Assembly: GCA_013265495.1 (NCBI GenBank)
Contig: MU058781.1
Location: forward strand, 2,892,158-2,956,157
Direction: 5' to 3'
Source: Vicugna vicugna
Taxonomy: Eukaryota
Length of the DNA: 64,000 nt
The notes under the pieces are model-generated. The model was not told where the DNA came from. It did not search any database and saw only the letters and a program-made list of their open reading frames with translations. Positions 24,295-36,265 of this stretch are shown here, piece by piece; position 1 is the first letter of the stretch; the number at the start of each line of letters is the position of its first letter. Position numbers and translations under genes: made by a program.

Positions 24295-25460
24295 ATCATC
24301 CATTTCATGTATTTATTCACTCATTTATCCATTCAACAGAGAGCTTACTGTCTCAGGCACTGGATTAGGCACAGAGTTTCCAATGTTGAAACAAAGCACA
24401 CATGTTCTCTGTGCACTTGGAGCAAATTTTCTATTAAAGAAAACTCTCTTTTGTACCAATAAATCCACAGATAAAGTATGTTTGTAAATATTCATATATG
24501 TAGCTAGGGAAAAAAATGGTGCTGTCAGAAAGATTTAGGATGGGGTGAATCTTCTTTTGATAGTTTGGGCAATCAATCAGAGAAAGATTCTCTCAGAGGG
24601 ATATTTAAGCTGAAACTGAAAAGATGGAAAGAAATAGCCAGATGTAGAATGGAGGAAAGAACAGGAGGTGTGTAGACCCTGAGCTAGTAAGGACCTTGTC
24701 ATATCTGAGGAGTTGAAAAATGATTGATGTGGCTAGAGTAGCATGAACAAGAGACAGAACAGCCTGACAATGTTAAAGAGAGAACAGAAGCCAAATCATG
24801 CAACGTCTTATTAAGTAAAGTCATCATAACTTATCCAAACTGGGACACTTTGGAAATGAAAGGGAATGGTTGTTATAAAAAACGCAGTCAACTGATGAAC
24901 AGGACTGTCTTTGGCAAACCAAGACAGATGGTCATCCTAGTTATAAGCCGCTTTAACGTGATAAGGTTTTACTTCAAGAAAAATGGAAAGCTATTCAAAG
25001 TTTTTTTTTTTTTAAAGATCACTCTAGTTGCTATCTGGAAATTGGAAAACGAGAGAGCAAAAGTAAAAATAAGAATAACATTTAGGAAGTTCTAGAAGCA
25101 TTCTAGGTAGGAAGCAATAGTGGTACAGACCATAGTGGAAATGAAAAAGTTTGAGATCTATCTGGAAGTAAAACCAACAAGGTTTCGTGGTGAATTAGGC
25201 TAGGGTTTGAGGGAAAGGTAAGAGTCAAGAATAATCCTACAACTTTTAGTCAAGCAGCTGAGCAGATAGTTGAGGCCTTTAATTGAGAAGGATGTCTTTG
25301 GGAAAGAGAAGGTTTATAAGGTAGGGGATCGTGGCAGAAATCAAGAATTCAATAATTTGGGGTAATAAATTTGCAATTCCTGTGAGACATCCAAGTGGAG
25401 AGAGATGGAAAAAAATGACTGGCCAAAAATTTTAACATGGCAGTCATCAGCACATAGGTA
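24295..25460 (-). mobile_element. L2 fragment with a hAT-Blackjack MITE (MER81/MER94-like) inserted at about 24817-24940
   Basis: L2 tail atttattcactcatttatccattcaaca plus purine-rich body; ccaaactgggacacttt...atggtcatccta for the MITE. Confidence 0.75.
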
Positions 25461-25872
25461 GCACGTAAGTAAAATAAGGTTCAAATTATCTCCTTTTGCC
25501 TCTTCTATTTTAAGAGGCTGATATAATTTTTACAGGCACCCATCCCATATTTGTGATATAAAAAGAGATTCGAAATTGACTTCCAACTTTAAATTTTGAA
25601 AGCTTTCCTATCTCCTATTCTAGGGCAACTTTGATGAATGATTACCTTGCATTTTTTTAAAGACTGAATTTTCAGTTTTTCTGGATAGAACTTGTACTAT
25701 ATACTTATGCCTGAGGGTTTGAGAATAGATCATTTCTGAAAATTAAATTATTTTGGAAGTCTATGAGTGAGGTCAAGTTATTATTTATATTAACCCTACA
25801 GTGAAAGTATTTATAAAGTTAGAAATCTGTTTGATTGGTGAAACATTATGCTCTGTTAGTTTGTTTTACAAG

Positions 25873-25905
25873 TTTGGATTTAGTACGCCAAGTTTTCTCA
25901 AATAG
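25873..25905 (+). CDS. Candidate exon of unrecognised gene (LDLVRQVFSN-R, phase 2 to 2; alternative acceptor at 25860)
   Basis: tttgttttacaag| acceptor and TAG|GTAAGA donor. Joins the next exon in frame. Confidence 0.5.
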   Translation, partial: FGFSTPSFLK

Positions 25906-26444
25906 GTAAGACCTGAATTTTGTTTTTAAAGCTGATAATAGTTATTTTCTCTATGTAAAAAGATCTACCAGCCTATCTAAGTCAACATTACTTCATTAAT
26001 TATGGGTGGGTCTCTTTCCACTTTTAGACTTGAAGCTAAAACTGAAATGCTTAGGTCATTAATCTTTGTACTTCCAAGTTTCATGTAAGAACTCACGCCT
26101 GTGGAATTCTGTAACTCAACTGGTGATTTCAAGAATTTTGGAGAATATTCTACTAAATCCCCCAAAAGTTTAGTACCTCTCCAATCAGTACATGCAACAT
26201 ACAAATAAAAAGAAATAACCACGATTTGCTAACAGAATTTAGCCCTGATTTACTTTTACTATGAAATGGGGATGGAAGCCATGTATGCTTGAAAAAATGT
26301 GTCTGATGGCATATTTTACACATTAGTTTTGAGATGTTACTAGACATGGGGCTCTCAAATAATAATATATTACCAAACTTTTCATCTGTCTCTTGAAGAT
26401 TTTAATAATAAGAAGAGTATCATGATTCTGGTTAACTAAGTAAA

Positions 26445-26820
26445 TTATATACATGTATGTGTATGTGTGCCTATGTGTGTATGTGTATATGTAAGCGTAT
26501 ATATAGATGTGTTAGTAATAAATGTGTATGTAGTATATGGATACGTACAGTTCATGTGTATATGTAAGTGTACATGTAGACATGGGTATAATTGTATTTG
26601 TGTATGTGTATGTACATGTACATACGCATGGCTGAAAGGATAAATACCAAACTACTGATAGGGATTTCCTCTGAAGAGGTGAGTGGGAATACAGGAACAC
26701 ATGAAGTGGGCTTTCATGTTTATTTTGTGTATGTTCATAACTGAATGTTTTACCATGTGAATGTATTCACATTACTTGTATAATTTAAAAAGATAAAGGT
26801 GAAAATAAATAAATGGATAA
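26445..26820 (+). repeat. TG/TA-rich low-complexity tract with an old L1ME 3' fragment
   Basis: tatgtgtatgtgtg... at about 26445-26625, then ctgaaaggataaataccaaact...gggatttcctctg. Confidence 0.65.
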
Positions 26821-27183
26821 TATTTTATTAAAAAGAACAGGAGGATAAGGAAAAGAAGGAGAATAAAAGGATGACTATCAAAAAGTGGAGAAATGATAAA
26901 AGTATTTAAATTGGCTTCATCAGTTTACATTCCATCCAGAAAAATTGATGTAAAGATTTGGACTTTTTTTTAATATAACCATCTGAACTTTGGTTAGACC
27001 CAATGTTCCCAGTAGCAACTAGCTACTTATAAACAGATGAACCTTTATCTACTAGTTTTGTGTAGAGAGAGAGCCACCAGACTCAAGAACTCTTCTTCTG
27101 CCATATTGCTGCCACCCCACCCTTGACGTTTCCATTACAGGGGTCCTTCAGCAGATTAATCATTATCAACATTATGCTGTTGG

Positions 27184-28071
27184 ACCCAATCAAAAAATGG
27201 CCCAAAGACCTAAACAGACATTCTTCCAATGAAGACATACAAATCAAAGATGCTTAGTATTGCTAATTATCAGAGAAATGCAAATCAGAACTAGAATTAG
27301 GTGCCACCTTACTGATTAGAATGGCCATCATTCAAAAATTCATGAATGATAAATGCTGGAGAGGGTATAGAGAAAAGGGAACCCTCCTACACTACTGGTG
27401 GGAATGTAGTTTGGTGCAGCCATTATGGAAAACAGTACGGAGATTTCTTAAAAAACTAAAAATAGACTTACCATAGGATCCAGCAATCCCACTCCTGGGC
27501 ATATATCCAAAAAATTCTAATTTGAAGATACATGCACCCCGATGTTCATAGAACCACTATTTACAATAGCCAAGACATGGAAGCAACCTCAGTGTCCACT
27601 GATAGATGACTGGATAAAGAATACTACTCAACCATAAAAAAGGATGAAATAATGCCATTTGCAGCAACATGGATGAGCCTAGAGATTATCATACTAAGTG
27701 AAGTAGGTCAGACAGAGAAAGACAAATATCATATGATATCACTTATATGTGGAATCTAATAAATGGTCTTATTTACAAAACAGAAACAGACTCACAGACC
27801 TAGAAAACAAATATATGGTTACCAGGGGGGAAACTAGGAGTGAGGGATAAGTTAGGAGTTTGGGACTTGCAGATACTAACTACCATATATAAAACAGATC
27901 AACAACAAGGTCCTACTGTTTAGCACTGAGAACTATATTCAATATCTTATAATCTATAATCTTAAAGAATATGAAAAAGAATATATATATGTATAACTGA
28001 ATCATTATGCTGTACACCAGAAACTAGCACAACATTGTGAATCAACTATACTTCAATAACAAAAAAAAAAA
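27184..28071 (+). mobile_element. 5'-truncated L1 (about 0.9 kb, C-terminal ORF2 and 3'UTR), same family as 13278-16937
   Basis: Collinear with 15990-16920 and ends in A11 at 28061-28071. Confidence 0.95.
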
Positions 28072-28426
28072 GAATTTACATGAAGTGTGAGCTCAAATAA
28101 ACCAAAAATAGTAACAATAATAATACTGTTGCTGTTTGTTTTAGGATCCCACTATTTAGATGATCAACCTTGGCTGACGGTCTCACCTTTTGTTTTTATA
28201 AGTTCTTTAAAAAGCAAGTTTGTGTGCTGATCTCCATTTCCCATGGGAATGGTCATCCCAATCCTCATGAGACATAAAATCATTTCTTTAATCCTCATGA
28301 GTACTTGTTCAAGAGGCAGCACTTAGGAGAATGCACTTCCAAGGGCAACTTATGTTCAAGAAGCAAAACCTTCTTACTCCTGAGAATTCCTCTGGGTGGT
28401 GTACAGCCTGCCTTCAACATCTGCAG

Positions 28427-28520
28427 ATCCCCAGATCCAGACATGTTATATAAACGGTTGGAGAAACTCTCCCGAGTCAAGCGGAACTTTACTACCATGG
28501 GTCCACTGATACGGCTGAAT
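28427..28520 (+). CDS. Candidate 94-nt coding exon (SPDPDMLYKRLEKLSRVKRNFTTMGPLIRLN, phase 2 to 0)
   Basis: ccttcaacatctgcag| acceptor and AAT|GTAAGT donor. Only one frame is open, and all 4 CpGs are the first two bases of Arg codons. Confidence 0.65.
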
Positions 28521-29080
28521 GTAAGTGGGTGTCCTGTTCTTTATTTCCTCCTGCTCGCATCTCTATCTTCCTCCCTCCTCTTCTGCCTCTTTCCTTCTTC
28601 GCTATCTTTCTCTTCATCTTATGCCCAGTACCTCCCAGAGTCCACTTTTCCAGAAGGCTGTCTACCCGAGGGGATGTGTGACTTTGGGGGAACTAAGCCC
28701 ACGGACACTTTTCACAGTCAGTGGGCTGGCTTCCCTGGCATTGCTCTGAGTGACCAGGACCCTCACAGCAGGAAATGGCCTGCGGGTCTGATTCATGAGC
28801 AGGAACACAGATGAATCTGACAGGCAGCTTCAGTGATTTGAAGGAATTTACAAGGAGCATTTTGCCCCTCCTGGGTGAGTCCAAGTGCTCTCTAAAACTG
28901 CCAGTATCTCTAGTCCTTCAGTCCTTGCCTAAAGGCAGGTTGGATATGCTCACCCACACACTTTACACAAAAACAGGGCCACTTCTTTGCCTCAGATACT
29001 AAGAGCAAAAGGATATGAAAATGTCTTAAAATTGCTCAATCATCATACCCCATTCTGTTAACTGCCCCTACCTCCCACCC

Positions 29081-29081
29081 A

Positions 29082-29120
<39 letters not shown>
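29081..29120. repeat. (ATAA)10 microsatellite
   Basis: Perfect tetranucleotide run. Confidence 0.98.
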
Positions 29121-30766
29121 GGGAGGAGAAGAAAAAGGTAGCTTGTAATCTCCTTAAGATCACAAAGTATTGTACGTTCTATAGTGAGACATGGCGGTGA
29201 ATAACAGGCTGTCAGGTTTTCCTGGATATTTGGGGCTGGTTTTTAACACTTCTGTGGGAGAAACTGATTCAACAGAGAATGAAATCCTATCCATTTAGTG
29301 TAAAATTTGTGCAGAATTTTATGTTGACAAATTGAGGTGTATCCTTTTCTGCAAGGCAAACCTATCTTATACTTCCTCCTCCAGGGCCCTTTTGTATTAT
29401 GTATAAGTGACTTAATTTAAGTCACTGACTGAGTAAGGAAATGAAATTTTTAGAAGTAAATCTTATGTTTCACATGTTTCTTGGTAAGACTGGCTGCTAT
29501 ACAAAAACCAGTTACACTGGATTCTTGAAAATTTCCTAAACATGCACGTGCAAGAGATTTTGAAGGCGTAGACAAGGTTGCTCAAGTGTAACACAAGCCA
29601 TATACCACAAACTTCCAAGACTTCTGTTGAATAAAGATGACAGAATTATCTCAAATAAAGAAATGAAGTCAAGAGAATTTAGTTTAATTCCTTTAACTAT
29701 ACTTTGAGCCCAATACTTTACCTTCATGGCAATTCTCTATTACTATTAAGCTAAGAGACAGAAAATCAACTGTCAATTTGAGAAAAATCCCACACATAAG
29801 TATCCAACAACTTTCATTTCTCACCAGCAGAAGGGCTGGCATTATTAAAGAGCTGAAGACCCCTCCTATTTTTAGGTACATGTCTAGGCATTTTGAAGTG
29901 TGATTATCCCCCAGGCAACCCAGAGCATAACATTTTCTTGCCCTGGGTCCTTTAATGCCTTTGAGTTTGCACTACACCAGCATATAGCACCCTAGCACTG
30001 CTGATCTTCAATGACTCAACAGGTCTAGACTCATAGACAAGAATTTTAGAGCCATCGCCCAGGCCTGAATCAGCTAGGACTAAATCCAGTTCATCACTCT
30101 GCAATGATATTTGTTTTTTCTTGCTCCAAATGTGGTTCAAAGAAAAACAAAACCCAGGGGAGCTAGGTACAATTTGTTAGCCTGCAGATAGCAATTATTT
30201 GAATGAAACTATATAGAATAGACTTGGTCACCATGACATTACAAGAGCTATTTTGACTTCTTTTATTTGAAGTGACCAAGAGAATCAGAAATGAGTCACC
30301 ATTATTATCTATTGTTCTTAAAGAAAAAAATTTAGTAGTATCTAAAGCCTTTCAGAAAAAAAAGATGATACACCAGAATATTAGTAATCCTTCCATTGTC
30401 CCCAGTTTCTGTTGTCTAATTCCAAGTCTGCTTATGGATGTCCTCTGGATTAAGCCAAAGCTATGTTCATTGGCAGGAATAATCTCAAAGAACATCTGTG
30501 AATTTCATGAATCTCATCTAATTTTTTGCACTTGGTTGAGGTGACTCTAATCTTATCACTGGTAAATCATCACTTGTTCTATAATTACCATTTGAGGAGC
30601 AACATATGTTGAAAATTTGGAAACCTTCCTTTTGTTCTTCAAAGTCTCAGAATTACAATTTACACTTATGCTTTGAGGTCCAATGAATAACTTTTTCCAA
30701 ATTCTAACTTCTGTAGAGCATGCCACCTCATCTTTTGACTGTAAAAATGATTCTGTCCACAACCAG

Positions 30767-30789
30767 GTGAAATTCCTTAGAAGGCACAG
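30767..30789 (+). CDS. Candidate 23-nt coding exon (VKFLRRH-R, phase 0 to 2; alternative in-frame donor at 30846)
   Basis: ttctgtccacaaccag| acceptor and CAG|GTGGGT donor. The other two frames hit stops, and it bridges the phases of the flanking exons exactly. Confidence 0.6.
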
Positions 30790-33099
30790 GTGGGTAGCAG
30801 CTGCTTCCTCAGCCCTAGCAGGACCCCTGACTGCCTCGACTTTGGGGTAACGCATTCTCTATTTTTACAGTACAGTAGTGTTTACAAGACCAACCTATGA
30901 TTTTCAAAGGTTCCTGCCTTTGCCTTAAAGAAAAATGCAAAAAGAGAGAAAGAAAGGAAGAAAGAGAGAGAGAGAGGTGGGGGCTGGGGTGGGGTGGAGA
31001 AGAAAGAAGAGAGAGGGAAAAAAAAGTCTGTTTGTGCTTGTTTCCAACCACCCGGAAATAACTGAGACACAAGGAGCCTGATAAAAAGTGCCACAGCTGG
31101 AAACAGTGGAAAATTTCTGCTTCTGTGTGGATTGAGTTTGCCAATGTTGTGGGGAAACCCGTTAATTCTTCCTCCCAGCCTATATGAGGAGAAACACCCT
31201 CCTGAGGTTGGCTTTTATCATGAGGGCTGGATCTGCCTTTAAGCTTAAATCAACTACCTCGGGAAACTGTGGATGATGCTCTGGCTGTCTACAGGGGTGG
31301 TTGGAAACAACTCTCACAAGGTGCTTGGATATAATTGACTGTTACAGGTCAGGATCACAGCTGTACAATTTGTTCTTTAAAAACCATGACATCAATGAGG
31401 CATTTCTGATGGCTGAAATAAGATATTTCCTATTATGTCCTTTTGTGAGACAACTTATTTGCTAATAAACTCTCATACAGCTTGTCCATACACACTTTGC
31501 CTACAGCAGACAATCCATCTTCCTTCAACTGGGGCAAAATGGATTTATCAGAAGTCTAGAAGTTCCAACTGCCAATTATGAATAAGCCATATTTAAACTG
31601 AATTTTGGTTGTTTTTGCAAGCAGGTAACTTACTAAAGCAAATATCTTGGCGATTCCATGCAGCACATTGTTTAACAGAGACACTGATGAAATAAAGCAC
31701 TTTGACACCTGAGGATATTGTGTATTGTTACCCCCATGATGGCTTGAGTATGCATTTAAGTCTATTAGTATTCAAATAGGACCTCCCTTAGCACTTTATA
31801 TCTGTCTTTGGGGATTTATTTCCGTTAATATTTGTCCAAGTCATGCATGTGCTCATGTCCTAACTCCTTTACCAGATAGTGACCCCATGTTGGCTATACA
31901 TAGGTCTGAATTACTTTTCCTTACTCACTGTTACTCTCGGAGTACTAGCACATACTACTGGTAAATGAATTATTAATGAGTGTAAGTAGATCGTGTTCTA
32001 ATAATACTTCCTTTTTTTCTAAATAGAAAGGCACATGTCTATACATAGAGGAATCTGTTGATAATTGTAGGTGAACTCTTAGGACTGGGAATGTCCTTAT
32101 TCCTATTGCTGGATTAAATGATATTTAAATTCATTTAGGGAAAACTGTCTATTGTAGGTTTTCAAAAATTTCAAAGAAAGGGACAGACAGAAAGAGTAAG
32201 ACAGATTAACTTTTGGAAGCATTTTGATGTTACTCTCCTACTTCCTTTGGGTAAAAATTAAATCTTTATTTCTCTAATACATTACACATAGTAAGTGCTA
32301 TGCGTTTAAGCTTGCTTTCTTTTAAAAAAGTCAGTCACTGCTCCTTTTAAAAAATTCCTTAAAATCCTATCCAAAATATAATATACACTTATTATGAATT
32401 AAGTTAGAGTTAATAGTTAATTGAAACTGCAAATACGAGATACCTTCAGGGATACTCTAGAGACTTTAGTTTCTTTATTGAACTGGTCTTTATTCCACCA
32501 GGCAAAAGAAAGGTGATATAATCTATAGTTAATTTAACACAATGGATAGAAATAAAACCTGAAATTTCTTTCTACCTTGCAGCTCTGAAGGAGAAATGCC
32601 CTCAACATGCTGGAAGCACAGTTCCTTTTGATTATCAGATTTTCAGGTGTATTGCATCCAACTCTTGGACAGAATTTTTGCCCAGTTCAGATAGATACTA
32701 ATTAAAAAAAAAAAAGCCCAAGTACCTTTTTGATCTAACTTTAAAAAGCATTGTCAATGTCAAGAACACGGAGACTGTAGACTGTGAGTTGTTTATTATG
32801 CTAGAAGAAGTCTTCTGTGTTGTATTGTTTGTGTGGTATGAAGCGACATTGTACGCCTGCTGTCCCTCTGGGACCCTCATGAAAAGGTGATATTTTATCT
32901 CCCTGCCTATGCCCGTAAATGAATTCTGCAAAGTCAATACAATATATAAAGCCAAACCTGGCTCCAAAATCATGTTATGTGCCTCCCTTTGGCTATAGAG
33001 GAAGTTACTCATGCTTATCAGAGGACCAAATTTGGAGTGCCATTATTAGGTTGCAGGCAATATGTTAACAGGACGCCATTAAGTGGTTTTTACCAACAG

Positions 33100-33166
33100 G
33101 GTGTGCCGGGACATGGTCTTCCAGCCTACGGGCTGCCGGGAAAGTGTTCTTTACCTTGTCCATGAG
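33100..33166 (+). CDS. Candidate 67-nt coding exon (VCRDMVFQPTGCRESVLYLVHE, phase 2 to 0)
   Basis: tttttaccaacag| acceptor, GAG|GTAAGG donor, and local GC/CpG enrichment. Confidence 0.65.
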
Positions 33167-33574
33167 GTAAGGGAACTTCTAACATCACAAAGAGCAGTCA
33201 GATCCTTTGAGAACTAGCATCAGAACATGAGTTTATGTAGGGCAGGTGGTTAAACATGTTAATTAAAAAAACATGTTTTGCCTCTATGGAACTGAAGTTT
33301 GGAGAACTGGCATTTATTTTATTTTGTTGATCTAAATCAATCAGGAATTACTTGCCTCCTATGAGGAAACCAAATATGTATGCAGGAATTTAGCCACTGG
33401 ACATAACCATGACCACATTACAAGCTAGACAATGAGCAAAAACAATGGAGAAGGAAAGTCAGGTTGAAATTACATTGCTTCATGTCTGAACCATCCCATT
33501 TATTTCCTGTTCCTGTTTCACAGCCTCTTCCACCACGTGCATCAGTTTTGTCTGAACTTTTCCTATTTCTCCAG

Positions 33575-33598
33575 ATTCTTCAGAACACTTGTGTCTGA
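33575..33598 (+). CDS. Candidate terminal coding segment ILQNTCV* (alternative in-frame acceptor at 33524)
   Basis: cttttcctatttctccag| acceptor, TGA at 33596-33598, AATAAA 35 nt downstream. Confidence 0.55.
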   Translation: MLQNTCV

Positions 33599-33633
33599 TG
33601 TCTGTGGTCAATGCAATTGCATTGCTGGGGTTA

Positions 33634-33639
33634 AATAAA
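33634..33639 (+). terminator. Candidate polyadenylation signal of the + strand gene
   Basis: AATAAA just downstream of the candidate stop codon. Confidence 0.5.
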
Positions 33640-34089
33640 ATTGCTTTGAAGTCATGAACATCTGGACTCAAATCCTGACTCAGGTGCTTGCTAGCTGTGT
33701 GGCTTTAGATGGGAAATTTCTGAACCTTGTTTGCTTTGTAGAAGCCATTTATGAAAGACTGTATGAAACAGCTAAATGACACCCGAAACCCGGAGTAATT
33801 CTGGACAACATGAGGATAGGAAAGTAGATCATTATTCTAAGATATGTCTCGAGCAAAACAACTTATTGAAAATACTGGTGCTATTTTTTTAAGAAGAAGG
33901 ATTGAACTAGGAAGTATTCTGTCAATTAGCATCCTAAGACTTTTAGCACTTACTATGTGTAATGTATTAGAGAAATAAAGATTTAATTTTTACCCAAAGG
34001 CATCAAACTGATCCTTGATACTCAAAAGAAAATACTGGTCAGCTATGACTGACTTTAATTTAAAATTTAGACATAGAAATAATTTAAAA

Positions 34090-34348
34090 ATTTTTTTGAT
34101 TTTGTATTGGGGTATAGCTGACATATAACATTACATTAGTTTCAGGTGTACAACATAATATTTGCATATGCAGCAAAATTATCACCACAGCAAATCTAAT
34201 TAACATCCACCACGACACATAGTTACAAAAGTTTTTTTTCTTGTGATGAAAACTTTTAAGATCTATTCTCTTAGCAGCTTTCATATATACAACACAGCAC
34301 TGTTAACTGTGGCCCTCATGCTGTATATTACATCCCCATGACTTATTT
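34090..34348 (-). mobile_element. L1 3' end (L1MA9-like)
   Basis: attagtttcaggtgtacaaca...ttttaagatctattctcttagca; degenerate TSD gaaataat(t/c)taaa starting at 34076 and 34351. Confidence 0.9.
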
Positions 34349-35019
34349 TGGAAATAATCTAAAGTTTTAGATGTTAAAAAATAAAACATAAGCATCTATG
34401 AAAACATCACTGACAGTCTTACAAGCTTCTCTTTTCTTTATTTCTCTCCTAAGGAAATCTTTCTCAAAAAGTAAACCCTTCTGTCAACATTTGCCCAATA
34501 CCCATCATGTTTTAAATCTGTTAAAAACTTTAACTGATGATGTCATCTCAACCCACATTTCAATCATGTACAAGGCTGAAAAATCATAGATTCAGCAGGT
34601 CCAAATTTTATATACTGAGGCATTTATAACAAATCTGGAAAACATAACTTTGGACTTTCTGTGGAGGTTAAAGTAGTCTGTTTTGTCCTGTTTCCCCTTT
34701 TATATCATCTCAAAGTGTAAATAAGAATCTGTCAAGTACCAAATAAAGTTGGAAGAGAATTACCCAACAGTGATGTCAAACTCTTGAAGAGTAAGAGTTT
34801 TAAACTGAGTATTTCAAGGGGTAACATCAATGTTCTTTCTTTTTATTACTGATAGAGAAACTGAAGGACCAACAATTAAGATTCACAAGCTTGTTCAGTA
34901 GAAGAGGAACCACACTATGGAGAGAATCACTTAACGATTCTGGTCAGCCCTCATTCCCGCTCACCCTGTAAGAATTCGTGTAAGTTTACATTATAACAAA
35001 TGAAAAACAACTCATCCTA

Positions 35020-36265
35020 CTCTCAGTACTATGGGAAACTATTTTATTTCCTTTGGCAATTTAAAATCATATCTGGGTCTGAATGTGTACATTTTTGAAA
35101 CTGCAGTTTGTCAATTTTGCTGTTGACATATGGCATTTGTAAGGTTTGATTTGAACTCGTCTTTTAAAAAAAAAAAAAGCTTCTTAAAACTGTATGCCTT
35201 TATCAGACGTCGCTCCTCGGCTATTTACAAGTGCCATGGTTACGGTCCTGCTAGACTGATGATATTCACATGCAGGAAACAATGCAAGGAAAACAGGATT
35301 TGCACGGCTCCGACTGCACTAGCCCAAGAATTCCAGGAAGTGATTGTACTTTATGAAACCGTCTGTGCTCCGCTAGATTGTCTATAGCTTTTAAGGTCAA
35401 GTCCTATCACACTGAGTTTGCAGTGCCCTTTGTAACAACGCAGAGTGTTTATGAAGCTGAGTACATGCTGTATTGTTTACCAAGCCCTACAGTTTAAAGG
35501 TGCGATATCCTAATCTGTGGTTCAGGATGGCACAGAGAATCAATCAAAGCCTTTTCTGACACGAGCTTGGGATGGGTTCAAAGAGTCCCCAACCACCGTG
35601 ACCATGCGACAGTCCAGTGCATGGAGAAAGTCACGAAGCCCACACTCCCTGATGGGAGAGACGGGTGCCAGTGTGGAAGATAAACGTGGGGAGTGCTCTG
35701 AGTTTACGTTACAAGATTTCTGTGCTTCCTGGTATAGCTGAACAGTCTCCTTGGAGGGAGAAAGGTGCTGGCATACAGTAAGTGCTGATTCCGAGGGTGC
35801 GGAAAGGGGAGTGAGACAACAATGGAATTTACTTCTTCGTGAGAGAGCTGGGAGGCAGCCAGGCATTCCAGGGCCTCGCTCTCGAATTCTTTGATTTCTC
35901 TGCAGTGCCTAGTGACTAGAGATTCCCGGTGCCGCTGGGCTCAGGGCTGCTGGAGCCCAACAGTGGACACCCAAACTGCTTCAGTGCAGAGGCAGCAGTG
36001 TGGCCTGTTAACCTCGTCCCGCAACCCTACCAAATCTCTTTGTAGCTGCCCAACTAGACATGACTGACCAGATCCCTACCTGCTTCCTCTCCATGAGGGA
36101 TGCTGAAGCCAGGCTGAACAAGCAATAGTATACAGCCATTGTTAAAGCTGCTGTAGCAACCAGATGGCCTGGGCCTGTGTCCTTTCAATTAGGAACATCC
36201 ATTGCTACTCAGGCTTAATGAACTTTCTGGAGATATTCACGTGCTGTGCACCAATGTCATGGCAC
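35020..36265 (-). other. Candidate terminal exon / 3'UTR of a - strand transcript (lncRNA, or mRNA with a very short final coding part)
   Basis: cacgtttacctatag| acceptor at 36265; AATAAA at 35048-35043; Pumilio element TGTAAATA at 35229-35222; U13 tract; no recognised repeat; about 26 CpG in 35200-36025. Confidence 0.45.

Noticed and set aside
28305..28814. 169-aa ORF as a single-exon gene
   Set aside because: It starts at a non-ATG codon. Only 28427-28520 is bounded by splice sites, and the rest reads through a pyrimidine-rich low-complexity intron.
35517..35866. 74-aa (+) and 108-aa (-) ORFs in the CpG-rich block
   Set aside because: No recognisable protein features. Stop-poor frames are expected in more GC-rich sequence.
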